Source: Deltaproteobacteria bacterium (GTDB lineage: Bacteria; Myxococcota_A; UBA9160; SMWR01). Taken from it: a DNA stretch of 50,259 nucleotides. The DNA lies in the NCBI GenBank assembly GCA_032128375.1, contig JAQBGU010000087.1, positions 1 through 50,259 on the forward strand, given 5' to 3'. Below, in pieces: positions 30,050 through 40,657 of this stretch; position 1 is the first letter of the stretch, and every line of letters starts with the position of its first letter. Below the pieces are notes generated by a model. It was not told the DNA's origin, ran no database searches, and saw nothing but the letters and a program-made list of their open reading frames with translations. Position numbers and translations under genes: made by a program.

Positions 30050-32805
30050 AGAAGTCGGCACGCGACACTCCGATGATGCGCCAGTTTCTGGCGATCAAAG
30101 CGAACTACCCGGATGCGATCGTGTTCTACCGGATGGGCGATTTCTACGAGATGTTCATGCGCGATGCAGAAGTGGCCGCGCCGCTACTCGACATTGCGTT
30201 GACCACACGCGATCGCGGCAAGGAGGATGCGATCCCGATGTGCGGTATCCCGGTTCACGCCGCGGCACCCCATATCAAGCGGCTTGCGGACCTGGGGCAC
30301 CGGGTTGCGATCTGCGAGCAGGTCGAAGACCCGAAAATTGCAGGTGGCAAACGTTTGGTGCGCAGAGAGGTCGTCGAGGTCGTGACTCCCGGCCTGGTGG
30401 GAGACCCCGATGCAATCGAAGGGATCCACGAACCCTGTCTGGCGTCGCTCGCGATCGGAATGGGGTCGCAGGTGGGCCTGGCGATTTTGGATGCATCAAC
30501 TGGCGAGTTGCGCGCGACGCAGGTCGACTCGATCGACGGTTCGATTCCGCCGTCGGTTCTCGAAGAACTTGGGCGAGTGGACCCGCGCGAGATCCTGACT
30601 GACGGTAGTTCGACAGAACTGACCAGCCTGTTCGCCTCCTTGCTGCCGAACGCGGCCGTCACCATCATCGCTGCGAGTGGATTCGACCCCTCGACCTGCA
30701 CCGATCGGCCTGAGGGCTTCGACGCCGGATCGAACGAAGTCTGTATGCGCGCAGCAGCAGCGCTGCTCAGCTATGTGCGGGAAAATCAACCGTTCGCGCT
30801 GAGCCACACGTCACGGCTTCGTGTTTATCAGCTCACCGACGCGATGATCTTGGATGCGGCGACCCGAACGCACCTCGAGCTGTTTCGCAACACCGAGGAC
30901 GGTGGGCGCGCGCGAACGCTGATCGACCGGTTGGATCTCACGATGACAGCGCTCGGGGCGCGGCGGCTGGCGCGATGGCTCGCGTACCCGCTGATCGACA
31001 TCGACGCGATCCGACGCCGTCAGGATGCCGTGGCCAGCCTTTCCGCACGTGATCGGCTGCGACTACGTCTGCGCGATGCATTGAAACCGATTCGCGACCT
31101 CGAGCGACTGCTTGCAAAGGCGGCTCGACCCGGCGCAACACCGCGCGATCTCGCGGCGTTGCGCAATTCATTGGAGGGACTCCCGCAAATTGCAGCGGCG
31201 CTGGACAGCGGCGACGGCGAGCTGCTTGCTCCCGGAGTGGATGGCGAGCCAGATGCCGGTGGTGGGTTGAGTCCGCCGGTGCCAGTGGGGGACATCGCCA
31301 GGCTGCTGCGCGAAGGTTTGATCGACGACCCGCCGGCGATTCCAAAGGGATCGCGCGGCGCGAACGAAACCGGCTATATCCGCGACGACTTTCGTCCTGA
31401 ACTCGATGCGCTGCGCGGTGGTGTCGACAAAGGCCGCGACTGGATCGCCGGCTTCGAGGCCCGCGAACGCGAACGCACAGGTATCCCAACGCTGAAAATC
31501 CGCTTCCACCCGGTGCACGGATACGGGATCGAGGTGACCAAGACGCATCTGGGTCGGATACCGGATGACTACGAACGCAAGCAAACCCTCGCGAATGCAG
31601 AGCGCTTCACCACCGAGGAACTGCGGGGTGTCGAGCACAGCGTCAAGGGTGGGACCGAACAAGCGGCATCGCTCGAGCGCGAGATCTTCGAAGAGCTTCG
31701 CTTGGCCGTGATGGACCGTGCCGCGGCGATCCGAGAAGCCGCAAGCGTTGTCGCGAGACTGGATGCGCTAGCGGCCCTGGCCGAAGTGGGGAGGCGCGAC
31801 GGTTGGGTGAGACCGCTGGTCGACGACAGTGTGATGCTGGAAATTCGCGGTGGGCGACACCCTGTGGTGGAGCCGCTGTTGAGCGCCGGTGGCGGAGAAT
31901 TCGTACCGAACGATGTGGACTTGGATTCAGCCGGGAACCAGATCCTGGTTCTAACGGGTCCGAACATGTCGGGTAAGAGCACGTACCTGCGGCAAGTAGC
32001 ATTGACGGTGCTGTTGGCGCAGATGGGTAGCTTTGTTCCCGCCGATAGCGCCCGGGTGGGAATCGTGGACCGCGTGTTCACGCGTGTCGGAGCGAGCGAT
32101 CGGCTGGCGCGGGGAGAATCGACGTTCATGGTCGAGATGCGAGAAACCGCCGAGATTCTCGCCAACGCAACCCGCCGTAGTCTCGTGATCCTCGATGAGA
32201 TCGGCCGAGGCACGAGCACGTTCGACGGCTTGTCGATTGCATGGGCCGTAGCCGAGTACATACACGACGCGGCAGGCCTTGGAGCGCGGACGCTGTTTGC
32301 CACCCACTATCATGAACTCGCCGACCTCGCGCAAACCAAGCGCCGGGTCGCCAACGCGCATTTCGAAGCAAGGGAATGGGGCGAAGAAGTCATCTTCATG
32401 CGGCGCTTGAGGGCAGGGGCGGCGAATCGTTCGTACGGGATCCAGGTAGCGCGGCTGGCCGGATTGCCGAAGACGGTGATCGAGCGTGCCCGGGAGATCC
32501 TAGCGAACCTCGAAAACGGCGAACTCGACGATCGCGGCCGCCCTCGGATCGCCGGCATAGCCCTTGAAAACGAACCAGATTGCGATCAGTTGGGATTGTT
32601 CTCCGTGGTGAGGCCAGCTGCGGAGCCCGGGCGTGATCGGGAGTCGTTGGCCTTTGGGACCGAAGAGGTGATTTCGATGCTCGAACGCCAGGTGCTGGCC
32701 CGGCTCGAGGAAATGGACCCGGACCAAACCACGCCACTCGATGCGCTGGCGCTGCTCGCAGAACTCGGCAAGCGACTGCACGAAGCGCGCGAGAACAAGG
32801 TATGA
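30046..32805 (+). CDS. mutS: DNA mismatch repair protein MutS
   Basis: TPMMRQF, RMGDFYEMF, GRHPVVE, TGPNMSGKST, STFMVEM, DEIGRGTST, FATHYHEL and SYGIQVA motifs. Confidence 0.98.
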   Translation: MKKSARDTPMMRQFLAIKANYPDAIVFYRMGDFYEMFMRDAEVAAPLLDIALTTRDRGKEDAIPMCGIPVHAAAPHIKRLADLGHRVAICEQVEDPKIAGGKRLVRREVVEVVTPGLVGDPDAIEGIHEPCLASLAIGMGSQVGLAILDASTGELRATQVDSIDGSIPPSVLEELGRVDPREILTDGSSTELTSLFASLLPNAAVTIIAASGFDPSTCTDRPEGFDAGSNEVCMRAAAALLSYVRENQPFALSHTSRLRVYQLTDAMILDAATRTHLELFRNTEDGGRARTLIDRLDLTMTALGARRLARWLAYPLIDIDAIRRRQDAVASLSARDRLRLRLRDALKPIRDLERLLAKAARPGATPRDLAALRNSLEGLPQIAAALDSGDGELLAPGVDGEPDAGGGLSPPVPVGDIARLLREGLIDDPPAIPKGSRGANETGYIRDDFRPELDALRGGVDKGRDWIAGFEARERERTGIPTLKIRFHPVHGYGIEVTKTHLGRIPDDYERKQTLANAERFTTEELRGVEHSVKGGTEQAASLEREIFEELRLAVMDRAAAIREAASVVARLDALAALAEVGRRDGWVRPLVDDSVMLEIRGGRHPVVEPLLSAGGGEFVPNDVDLDSAGNQILVLTGPNMSGKSTYLRQVALTVLLAQMGSFVPADSARVGIVDRVFTRVGASDRLARGESTFMVEMRETAEILANATRRSLVILDEIGRGTSTFDGLSIAWAVAEYIHDAAGLGARTLFATHYHELADLAQTKRRVANAHFEAREWGEEVIFMRRLRAGAANRSYGIQVARLAGLPKTVIERAREILANLENGELDDRGRPRIAGIALENEPDCDQLGLFSVVRPAAEPGRDRESLAFGTEEVISMLERQVLARLEEMDPDQTTPLDALALLAELGKRLHEARENKV

Positions 32806-33941
32806 GGCAATCGCGGATTCCGATGGTACCGCTTGTTGTGATTGCGACTCTGCTGCTCGGGGTGACTCGTCCTGGTGGTCTGTCCGATGTCATCGAGGTT
32901 CGGCACTGGTCGTATGGCGATTACACGCGTGTGGTTGTAGAACTGTCGCGTCCTGTATCGACGAAAGTCGTGCACCTCGCTGAGAACCGGTCGGCGGACA
33001 AGACCGAGCGACTGTATCTCGATTTGCCGGGATTCTGGGTCGGGCACGACTACGACGCTGGCATAGAAGTCGGTGATGGGCTGCTGCGCGCGGTTCGACT
33101 TGGACAGAATACCCTCACCCAGGCACGGGTTGTAATCGATGTCGAGAAGTACCAGCGCCACCGCCTGATGGTGTTGACGCATCCCGATCGAATCGTCATC
33201 GATGTATATGGCAATTCAAAAAATCAGTCGTCGCCGTACCCAATGTTGGGACGGGTTCAGACGGTAATCCTCGATCCTGGACACGGTGGGAAAGATCCGG
33301 GTGCAATCGGCGTCGGGGGCTTGAGGGAAAAAGATGTCACGCTGCGGCTGGCGCGGTTGTTGACCAAGCGGCTCGAAGCGAATGGGTTCCTGGTCGTGTC
33401 GACCCGCAATTCGGACAAGGCGGTCAGCCTCGAAGAACGCACCGCGATCGCCGAGGCGAACCATGGTGATGTCTTCATATCGCTGCACGCCAACGCTGCG
33501 CCTCGCCGTTCGGTGAACGGAATCGAGACCTACTATCCAGATGAGAACCACGAGCGGCACAGTCTGCGGGTGGCCATGCGCGAAAATGGTGTCACCCGCG
33601 CGCAGTTGGACGAATTACAGCGTACACTGGCGAAACTTCGGATCGCGGAGCTTTCGCCCAGGTCTGCCCAATTGGCGTCGTTGGTTCAGACTCAGTTGAC
33701 CCAGCAGCTGCCATCGCGGTTCGGGAAGATCCAGGACCTCGGTGCGAAGAAAGGGCCGTTTTACGTGTTGTTCCTGTCGAACATGCCCGCGATCCTGATT
33801 GAAGCGGGCTTCGTGACGAACCAGATCGAAGCCAATCGATTGCGGAGTTCCGAGTACTTGGATTCGGTCGCCTCACAGATCGCCGAAGGGTTGGAGCGCT
33901 ATCGCGACACCGGAAGCAAATTCGCCGGGCGGTCCCACTGA
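32802..33941 (+). CDS. N-acetylmuramoyl-L-alanine amidase (AMIN plus Amidase_3), AmiC-like
   Basis: YTRVVVEL and RIVIDV (AMIN domain); LDPGHGGKDPGA, EKDV, FISLHANA and AILIEAGF (catalytic domain). Confidence 0.94.
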   Translation: MRQSRIPMVPLVVIATLLLGVTRPGGLSDVIEVRHWSYGDYTRVVVELSRPVSTKVVHLAENRSADKTERLYLDLPGFWVGHDYDAGIEVGDGLLRAVRLGQNTLTQARVVIDVEKYQRHRLMVLTHPDRIVIDVYGNSKNQSSPYPMLGRVQTVILDPGHGGKDPGAIGVGGLREKDVTLRLARLLTKRLEANGFLVVSTRNSDKAVSLEERTAIAEANHGDVFISLHANAAPRRSVNGIETYYPDENHERHSLRVAMRENGVTRAQLDELQRTLAKLRIAELSPRSAQLASLVQTQLTQQLPSRFGKIQDLGAKKGPFYVLFLSNMPAILIEAGFVTNQIEANRLRSSEYLDSVASQIAEGLERYRDTGSKFAGRSH

Positions 33942-36673
33942 TGCGTGTTGCACCGGAAATCGCAACGTACTTTTCTGATGCGGAGAACGACAAGGCAGAC
34001 GTCCTCGCCATAACGCGCGCATTTCTCGAGGCGAATCGAGATTTCTTGACAGACCTTCACCGGTCGGGTGCGCTCGGTCATCGAGTCATCGAAGCACACT
34101 CGAACTCGATGGACCGGCTGGTACGTCGTTTGTTCCAACTCGCAGAGATGGAGTATTTCGCCAGCGGCGTGGATGGGCAGGCCGTGGTCACCGTGGTAGC
34201 GGTCGGCGGGTACGGTCGACGCGAAATGAACATCCACTCGGATGTCGATCTGTTGTTTCTCTACGAGCCACCACTTTCGGCGCATGTGGAGGCGATCGCC
34301 AAGCGCGTGCAGTACTGGTTGTGGGACGCGTCGCTCCAGGTCGGGTGCGCGACGCGTACCATCACCGAGACGATCGAACTTGCGCGTGAAGACCGGAGTG
34401 TTCTCACCTCGATTCTGGGACCTCGATACCTCGCGGGCAGTGGTGTGCTCTTTCACCAGTTCGTGCGACGGGTTCGCGGGGAGCTATTTTCCGACCCCAG
34501 CGAATTTGTAGCCGGACAATTGGAGTCTCTCCGGGAGAGGCACAAGCGCCATGGCGACTCGCTCTACTTGCTGCAACCCAATATCAAGGAGGGTGCGGGC
34601 GGGCTCCGCGACTATCACGCCGCCACTTGGGCCGCTCAGGCGATGCAATCCGGTGGGGGACGTATCGACGATTTTCTGCACGTGGGCTTGCTGACCGAGG
34701 AGGAATCGCGCGAATACCTCGCGGCGCTCGATTTTCTTTGGCGCGTTCGGAATGAGGCGCATCTCTGTTCGCGACGAAAGACCGATGAACTGGGCTTCGA
34801 ACTGCAGGAACAGATCGCCGCAGCTCTGGGATACGCGGGTGGCGCAGAAGAAGATGAGGATGGCGCCACGCAGCTGCCCGTGGAACGCTTTATGGGCGAC
34901 TACTACCGCTCTGCGCGAATCGTTGCGAACTGTTCGCTGTTGGCGATCGAGCAGTGCTGTGCCCGTGTGCGCGAGCAATCTGCGCGGGCAGACCGGGCGC
35001 GCGACACGCAGGAGGTCGAAGGGGGTTTTCGCGTGGTGGAAGGCCAGCTCGAGATTCCACACGGCCACATGCTCGTCGACAAGCCGAGTCTCCTGTTGGC
35101 CGCCTTCGCGGTAGCGCAGGACCACGCGGTGCCGCTGACGCGCAAGGCGCAGCGATTGATTCGAGAAAATCTGCACAAGATCGACGATGCGTATCGGCGG
35201 GATCCGGTGTGCACCGGGTTGTTCGTTCGAATCCTGAATTCGGAGCGCTGGGTGATGCGGGCGCTGACGACAATGAACGAGGTGGGTTTGCTCGGACAGT
35301 TCGTGCCTGAGTGGCAGCACATCGTCTGTCGTTGGCAGCATGTGATGTATCACACGTACACCGTCGACGTGCACACCATTTTCCTGGTCGAAGAGTTGCG
35401 GCGGCTCTGGAGGGGCGACTACGAACGCCAGCTGCCCGCCTTGACCGAAATGATGCGAAACGTTGATGATCGGCCGGTTCTGTTCCTGGGATGTTTGTTT
35501 CACGACATCGGCAAGGGGTTCGGCGGAAATCACTCGCTGATCGGAGCCGAGCGGGCGCGCGAAAGTGCTGTGCGGCTCGGCTTCAGCTCGGAGCAGGTCG
35601 GGCGCGTGGTCTTCCTGGTGGAACAGCACCTGATGATGTCACACCTGGCACAGAGTCGAGACCTTTCGGATCCGCGCTTGATCCTGGATTTCGCGAGGCT
35701 CGTCGGGAACCGGACGAATCTGCGCGATTTGTACCTGCTGACGTTTGCGGACATTCGCGCATCGTCGACCCGCGCGTGGACCGATTGGAAGGGACAGTTG
35801 CTCCAGGAACTCTTCGAGCGGACTTCTGAACTGCTCGAAAGCGGCTCTGATGATCCGAACAAAGCGATCGAGCTGATCGAGCGGCGGGTCGAACAGCGTC
35901 GTGAGAGTGCATCGGCGGAGCTGTCGCAGTTGGGCGTCGCGGCGTCGAACATCGAGGAATACTTCGAGACCATGCCTCGGCGCTACTTCACGGCTCATGC
36001 TCCGCGTCAGATCGCGCGACACGCGATGGTGGCCATGGCATTCAGCCGAGATCGCGTGATGTCGACAGCCGTACGCGAGATGCGTGGGGATTTATCGGAG
36101 TTGATTGTCTGTGCGGAAGATCGGCCAGGATTGTATGCGGATGTAGCGGGGGTGCTGACGGCACATCACATCAATATTCTCGGATCGCATGTCTATACCA
36201 CCAAGGCCGGGCTGGCTCTCGAGGTGTATCGCGTCAGCACCCCCAAGGGGGGTGCGGAAGCGCGCCAATTGATCTGGGATGACTTCGTGACATCCATGAA
36301 GCGGCTGTTGAACGGTGAGTTCAGCGCGAAGGAGTTGTTGAGACGCCGCGGTCGACTACTGGGGGATCGCCGATCCCCGGGCCGCGCGCCCGTGAGGGTG
36401 AGAATCACCAACGACGAATCCGATTTCTACACGATTGCCGATATCCGTGCGAACGATCGGTTGGGGCTGCTCCACGATCTGACGCGAGCGATCAGCGATC
36501 GGGGGTTGCTCATCTATATTTCGAAGGCATCCACCATTCTCGACCAGGTTTCGGACACATTCTATTTGAAGGACCACAACGGCAAGAAAATTTCCGATCC
36601 CGACGCCCTCGAGGCGCTGCGGGTGGACTTGCTCGAGGTGGTTTCCCGCGATCTCGATGGCCCTGCGGGCTGA
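33941..36673 (+). CDS. glnD: [Protein-PII] uridylyltransferase/uridylyl-removing enzyme
   Basis: AVGGYGRRE..SDVDL, PNIKEGAGGLRD, HTYTVDVH, HDIGKG, and two ACT domains (DRPGL, DRLGLL). Confidence 0.96.
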   Translation: MRVAPEIATYFSDAENDKADVLAITRAFLEANRDFLTDLHRSGALGHRVIEAHSNSMDRLVRRLFQLAEMEYFASGVDGQAVVTVVAVGGYGRREMNIHSDVDLLFLYEPPLSAHVEAIAKRVQYWLWDASLQVGCATRTITETIELAREDRSVLTSILGPRYLAGSGVLFHQFVRRVRGELFSDPSEFVAGQLESLRERHKRHGDSLYLLQPNIKEGAGGLRDYHAATWAAQAMQSGGGRIDDFLHVGLLTEEESREYLAALDFLWRVRNEAHLCSRRKTDELGFELQEQIAAALGYAGGAEEDEDGATQLPVERFMGDYYRSARIVANCSLLAIEQCCARVREQSARADRARDTQEVEGGFRVVEGQLEIPHGHMLVDKPSLLLAAFAVAQDHAVPLTRKAQRLIRENLHKIDDAYRRDPVCTGLFVRILNSERWVMRALTTMNEVGLLGQFVPEWQHIVCRWQHVMYHTYTVDVHTIFLVEELRRLWRGDYERQLPALTEMMRNVDDRPVLFLGCLFHDIGKGFGGNHSLIGAERARESAVRLGFSSEQVGRVVFLVEQHLMMSHLAQSRDLSDPRLILDFARLVGNRTNLRDLYLLTFADIRASSTRAWTDWKGQLLQELFERTSELLESGSDDPNKAIELIERRVEQRRESASAELSQLGVAASNIEEYFETMPRRYFTAHAPRQIARHAMVAMAFSRDRVMSTAVREMRGDLSELIVCAEDRPGLYADVAGVLTAHHINILGSHVYTTKAGLALEVYRVSTPKGGAEARQLIWDDFVTSMKRLLNGEFSAKELLRRRGRLLGDRRSPGRAPVRVRITNDESDFYTIADIRANDRLGLLHDLTRAISDRGLLIYISKASTILDQVSDTFYLKDHNGKKISDPDALEALRVDLLEVVSRDLDGPAG

Positions 36674-37643
36674 GCGCAGCGCGTTGGACGCGGCTGTAGA
36701 CGCCTTCTTGCAACATGCGTCGGTCGAACGTGGGCTATCGCCGCGAACGATCGAGGCGTACGGCCGGGATCTGAGGCGGTTCGTTCTGGAGCTGAATACC
36801 GTGGGTGTCCGAAAACCGCTGAACGTGCGACGCGAACACCTGGTCGCGTATGCGCGCGCATTGGAACGCGGCGGTCTGGGAGCACGCAGCCGGACACGGG
36901 CGCTGGTCTCAGTGCGGCGATTTCTGCAATACCAGGGAGTGTTGGGCAGGTTCGGGGAAGACCCGATGGAGGGGATAGGAAGGCTGAAGTTTGATGCCAA
37001 ACTGCCGCGGATACTGCGGATTGACGAGACAGAAGCGCTGATCGGGGCGGCTGATCCATCGACGTCTCTGGGGCTTCGCGATCGGAGCATGTTGGAAGTG
37101 CTGTACGGGGCTGGGCTGCGCGTAACTGAGTTGGTGAGCTTGCCGTTGGGCGGGATCGACAAGCGCGCTGGGATGCTCAGGGTGACGGGCAAAGGGCGTC
37201 GCGAACGGATCGTCCCGTTGGGCGAGTATGCGATGTCGGCGCTGGAGAGCTACCTGGAGATGGGTCGGCCGTCTCTGGTGTCGAAGTCGAAGCCAGAATG
37301 CGATGCGGTCTATTTGAGTCGTCGTGGCACTGCGATGACTCGGCAGAATTTTTTCATCCGGATTCGCGGCCTGGCTCGGGTCGCCGGGATACCGACTGAT
37401 CGGGTCTCTCCGCACGTGCTGCGGCACGCCTTTGCGACGGACCTGCTCGAAGGGGGCGCTGATCTTCGGGTGGTGCAGATGCTGCTTGGACACTCTGATT
37501 TGTCGACGACACAGGTGTATACACATGTGAGTCAGTCGCGGTTGCGCAAGACCGTAGAGAGCCGCCATCCACGCGGTGGGCAACCTCGCCCGGGGCCTGG
37601 TGATGAGCCAGAGGTTGGGCATCGCCAGGGAAATCGGTCTTGA
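36657..37643 (+). CDS. xerD: Tyrosine recombinase XerD
   Basis: ERGLSPRTIEAY, RDRSMLEVLYGAGLRVTEL, GKG..ERIVP, MTRQ, SPHVLRHAFAT and LGH..LSTTQVYTHV motifs; housekeeping context. Confidence 0.92.
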   Translation: MALRAERSALDAAVDAFLQHASVERGLSPRTIEAYGRDLRRFVLELNTVGVRKPLNVRREHLVAYARALERGGLGARSRTRALVSVRRFLQYQGVLGRFGEDPMEGIGRLKFDAKLPRILRIDETEALIGAADPSTSLGLRDRSMLEVLYGAGLRVTELVSLPLGGIDKRAGMLRVTGKGRRERIVPLGEYAMSALESYLEMGRPSLVSKSKPECDAVYLSRRGTAMTRQNFFIRIRGLARVAGIPTDRVSPHVLRHAFATDLLEGGADLRVVQMLLGHSDLSTTQVYTHVSQSRLRKTVESRHPRGGQPRPGPGDEPEVGHRQGNRS

Positions 37644-39073
37644 AACTGCGCGGCGCCGAAGAATTCCACGAGGCGCTCAGCGAGCCTACGAGCGCGCTGC
37701 TGCGTGCCATCCTCGCCGCCGCAGATGCGGACGGGATCGAGGTGTACGCGGTTGGCGGCCCGGTTCGGGATTTGCTGCTCGGGCGACCTGTGCGAGACGT
37801 CGACCTCGTCGTAGTGGAGCGTGCTGCCAACTCGTCGAAGTTGTCAGTGGCGTCAGGGTCGTCGGAATTGTCGAAGTTGGCAGCAGCGGCTGCGACCGGG
37901 AATGCCCGCGTGATCCATCACGATCGCTTCGGCGTCTTTCTGCTGCGTAGCGCCGACGCGGACCTGGATCTGGCCCAAGCGCGCAAGGAGACTTACGCGC
38001 ATCCCGGTGCCCTCCCGAAAATCGAGTCGGGAAGCCTGGAGGAGGATCTCTTGCGCCGCGATTTCGCTGTGAATGCGTTGGCGCTTCCCCTGTCAAAGGC
38101 GGCCCTCGAGCGACACGCGGGTATCGTCGACGTAGAGGAAGGGATCGGAGATCTGGATCGCAAGCGGCTTCGCGTTCTGCACGGACGCAGCTTTCATGAC
38201 GATCCTACCCGGGTCCTGCGGGCGGCTCGGCTGGCGGCTCGGTTTGAATTCTCATTGACTCGAGGGTCTCGCTCAGCGCTGCGCGCGGCGCTTCGAGACG
38301 GTGCATTCGGGCGGGTCTCCGGCGACCGCCTTCGGCGCGAGTTGGTCAAGCTGATAGATGATGCAAAGATGGGTGTGGATCCATCGCGATCGCTTCGCTT
38401 GCTCTCGGATTGGCACGTTCTCGGCGTGCTGGAGCCGGGATTGGCACTGCCCCGGGAGGCGGTCGCCCCCCTTAGGAGGATTGGTCGGGCGGTCGCTGAG
38501 GCGCCCTGGCGAGCGGCTCGGTGGCGCGCGTGGGTTTCGGCCATGTCAGTGTGGCTTGCGCCACTGGAAGCGCCGCTGCGCCGGCGCGCGCTCGCGCGCT
38601 TATCGGTCCGAGGTGATGTGGCACGGCGAATCGTGGCGTTTCCCAAGTCGCGCGACAGCTGGCTCAAATCGCTCACCAAGGCGCGAGGTCGCGGGGCGAT
38701 CGATGCCATTCTGGCACCGCTTTCGGATGAGGATCTACACGCGCTGTATGCATCCGCAGAGCCCACTGCCCGTTACCGTATCGGCCGATGGGCGGCTGAG
38801 GACCGGCTGCGTCGGGTGCCGCTGAGTGGCGAAGACCTGATCGAGATCGGATTGGAGGGCCCCGTGGTGGGACGCGCGCTGGTCCGGGTTCGAACCGCAT
38901 TCTTGGACGGCACCGTCAGCAATCGCGAAGAAGCGATCGCATTGGCGAACGAAATCGGCCGACGCAACGCATCCAACCAAGCACGAACTCGAAAGAACAA
39001 GGCAAAGGTCCGCCTCCCTCCGGGCAGTCGAGGCGGGACTCTAGCGACGGCGGAGCCCCCAAAGGCTCCATAG
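37640..39073 (+). CDS. Class II tRNA nucleotidyltransferase (CCA- or A-adding type)
   Basis: VGGPVRDLLLG..RDVD, ARKETY..PGALP, DLLRRDFAVNA, SFHDDPTRVLRAAR and DRLRREL motifs. Confidence 0.9.
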   Translation: MKLRGAEEFHEALSEPTSALLRAILAAADADGIEVYAVGGPVRDLLLGRPVRDVDLVVVERAANSSKLSVASGSSELSKLAAAAATGNARVIHHDRFGVFLLRSADADLDLAQARKETYAHPGALPKIESGSLEEDLLRRDFAVNALALPLSKAALERHAGIVDVEEGIGDLDRKRLRVLHGRSFHDDPTRVLRAARLAARFEFSLTRGSRSALRAALRDGAFGRVSGDRLRRELVKLIDDAKMGVDPSRSLRLLSDWHVLGVLEPGLALPREAVAPLRRIGRAVAEAPWRAARWRAWVSAMSVWLAPLEAPLRRRALARLSVRGDVARRIVAFPKSRDSWLKSLTKARGRGAIDAILAPLSDEDLHALYASAEPTARYRIGRWAAEDRLRRVPLSGEDLIEIGLEGPVVGRALVRVRTAFLDGTVSNREEAIALANEIGRRNASNQARTRKNKAKVRLPPGSRGGTLATAEPPKAP

Positions 39074-40657
39074 GCACAGCCCGGAGGCGAGTTCACTGAC
39101 ACCGAAGCCGGGCTCGGGGACAGGGGTCGCGGCGAGCCCACCGATCGTGAAGCTGTCGAGTCCACGCGTGTAGCTACTGCTGATTGTGCCAGAGGCGAGT
39201 GCGTCGGCGTCGAGCGTATTGTAGAGGGTACGAGATACCTGCCTGCCGATCACGTGGATACTATTCGACGCAGCCGAGTAGGCGAGTCCGGGCTCGAAGC
39301 GCACAGGGCCGTCTGCATTCACTACAGTTGTCGGGCATTGTGTTAGGCATCGGCTGACGTCAATCAGGTAGATGCCGCCTGGCAGCGGACTGGAGGCGTA
39401 GAGGCGCTCATTCACAGAGTCGTAGGCGAGACCGTTGAAGCCGCTGCCCGTATCGAGCCTACCGAGCAGCGCGCTCGAGGCGTCGTCGGGATCGATCTCG
39501 TACAAATGGGCGAAAGTATCGGAATCGATCGCGAACAGGCGGTCGTCGAGGTCGGATACCGTCGGACCCGGGTCGAAGGCGAGTCCGCGCAAGCCGGATA
39601 CACCGCTGATCGATCCCAGGAGCGTGGCACTGCCGTCGGTCGGATCGATCTGCAGCAGCACATCGTCTCCCGCAGTGGGAGACACAGCAAACGTCGTTCC
39701 CCGATCTGCCGCGTAAGCGAGCCCCTGCGGCGTATAGCCGGAACTGAACTCGCCCTGATCCGTCCAGCCTCCGGGAATCCCGCTCATCATCAAAGGATCG
39801 TTGGGCGTGTCATTCACGATGGCTGCGGTGCCTGCCGAGGCTACGAGGGTCGTGGAGGCATCTGATCCGATCTCGCCACATACACCTCCGGAACAAATTC
39901 CGGTGACTCCGGTCTGGCTGCAGGCTTCGCCGTCGTTCGCGATTTCCGCTGATGCCATGTGGCAACCACAGGTCCCTCCTGTACTGGTGCGCTCCGCTCG
40001 GAATTGGTCGCACTCGCTCGCGCTGATGCAGTCTCCGCCACTCGAGGGCCCCATCAGCCTGCAGCTATTCCCGCTGACGTGCTGGAGGCACGCGTTGTGA
40101 CCGCGCTCGTGTGCAAGTGTGTTGGCGAAGAGTCCGAAATCGGAATCGGCGGCGATGTCAATGACGATAGTGAGGTCGTTCGGAGCGGAACCGCATTCGG
40201 GTGTGCTGGCGCAGCCTATCGGGTTTCCGGACGTATTACCGCAGACAGTGATTCCACCGACAACAAATGCACGGTGGCCGGTCGCATCGACAAGATCGAG
40301 ATTGTTGAACTCGGCGATGCTGTCGATACTCGCCCAGGTGTTACCACCCTGGTCGCTGAAGGTGCCAACCGATACGACACTGAAGTCCGTGCAGCATGGG
40401 CTGTCGACCGGGCCGCTGTCCCCCATCAGAATCACCCCGGCGTCTTCGGTCGCGTGCCCGATCAGGTTCTGGTAGAACGAGAGCGGGTTGTTCGCGAGCA
40501 GACTGTCGTGCACGTACCACTCGAGGTCGTGGAAGCCGATATCCGGGGACTGGGCGGTTGCCGATGAACTGACTGCGGCAAGCGCGGTCATCTGGAGGGC
40601 GATCGCGATCGGCCGGCTGCAGCACGAGATGTAGGACCAGAGTCCGCCGCCCCTCAT
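39041..40657 (-). CDS. Exported Cys-rich metzincin-like protease with beta-propeller-like repeats and a PEP-CTERM signal
   Basis: Signal peptide, TLAHERGHNACLQH zinc motif, CRLM Met-turn, DGEAC..GICSGGVC module, repeated GLAY/GLAF..LxxID blades, and C-terminal VPEP-hydrophobic-RRR. Confidence 0.8.
   Translation of the reverse strand: MRGGGLWSYISCCSRPIAIALQMTALAAVSSSATAQSPDIGFHDLEWYVHDSLLANNPLSFYQNLIGHATEDAGVILMGDSGPVDSPCCTDFSVVSVGTFSDQGGNTWASIDSIAEFNNLDLVDATGHRAFVVGGITVCGNTSGNPIGCASTPECGSAPNDLTIVIDIAADSDFGLFANTLAHERGHNACLQHVSGNSCRLMGPSSGGDCISASECDQFRAERTSTGGTCGCHMASAEIANDGEACSQTGVTGICSGGVCGEIGSDASTTLVASAGTAAIVNDTPNDPLMMSGIPGGWTDQGEFSSGYTPQGLAYAADRGTTFAVSPTAGDDVLLQIDPTDGSATLLGSISGVSGLRGLAFDPGPTVSDLDDRLFAIDSDTFAHLYEIDPDDASSALLGRLDTGSGFNGLAYDSVNERLYASSPLPGGIYLIDVSRCLTQCPTTVVNADGPVRFEPGLAYSAASNSIHVIGRQVSRTLYNTLDADALASGTISSSYTRGLDSFTIGGLAATPVPEPGFGVSELASGLCLWSLWGLRRR

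Noticed and set aside
36657..37643. Tyrosine recombinase as a prophage or island integrase
   Set aside because: It has XerD-type motifs and sits in an overlapping glnD-xerD-nucleotidyltransferase run, with no att repeats or mobile cargo.
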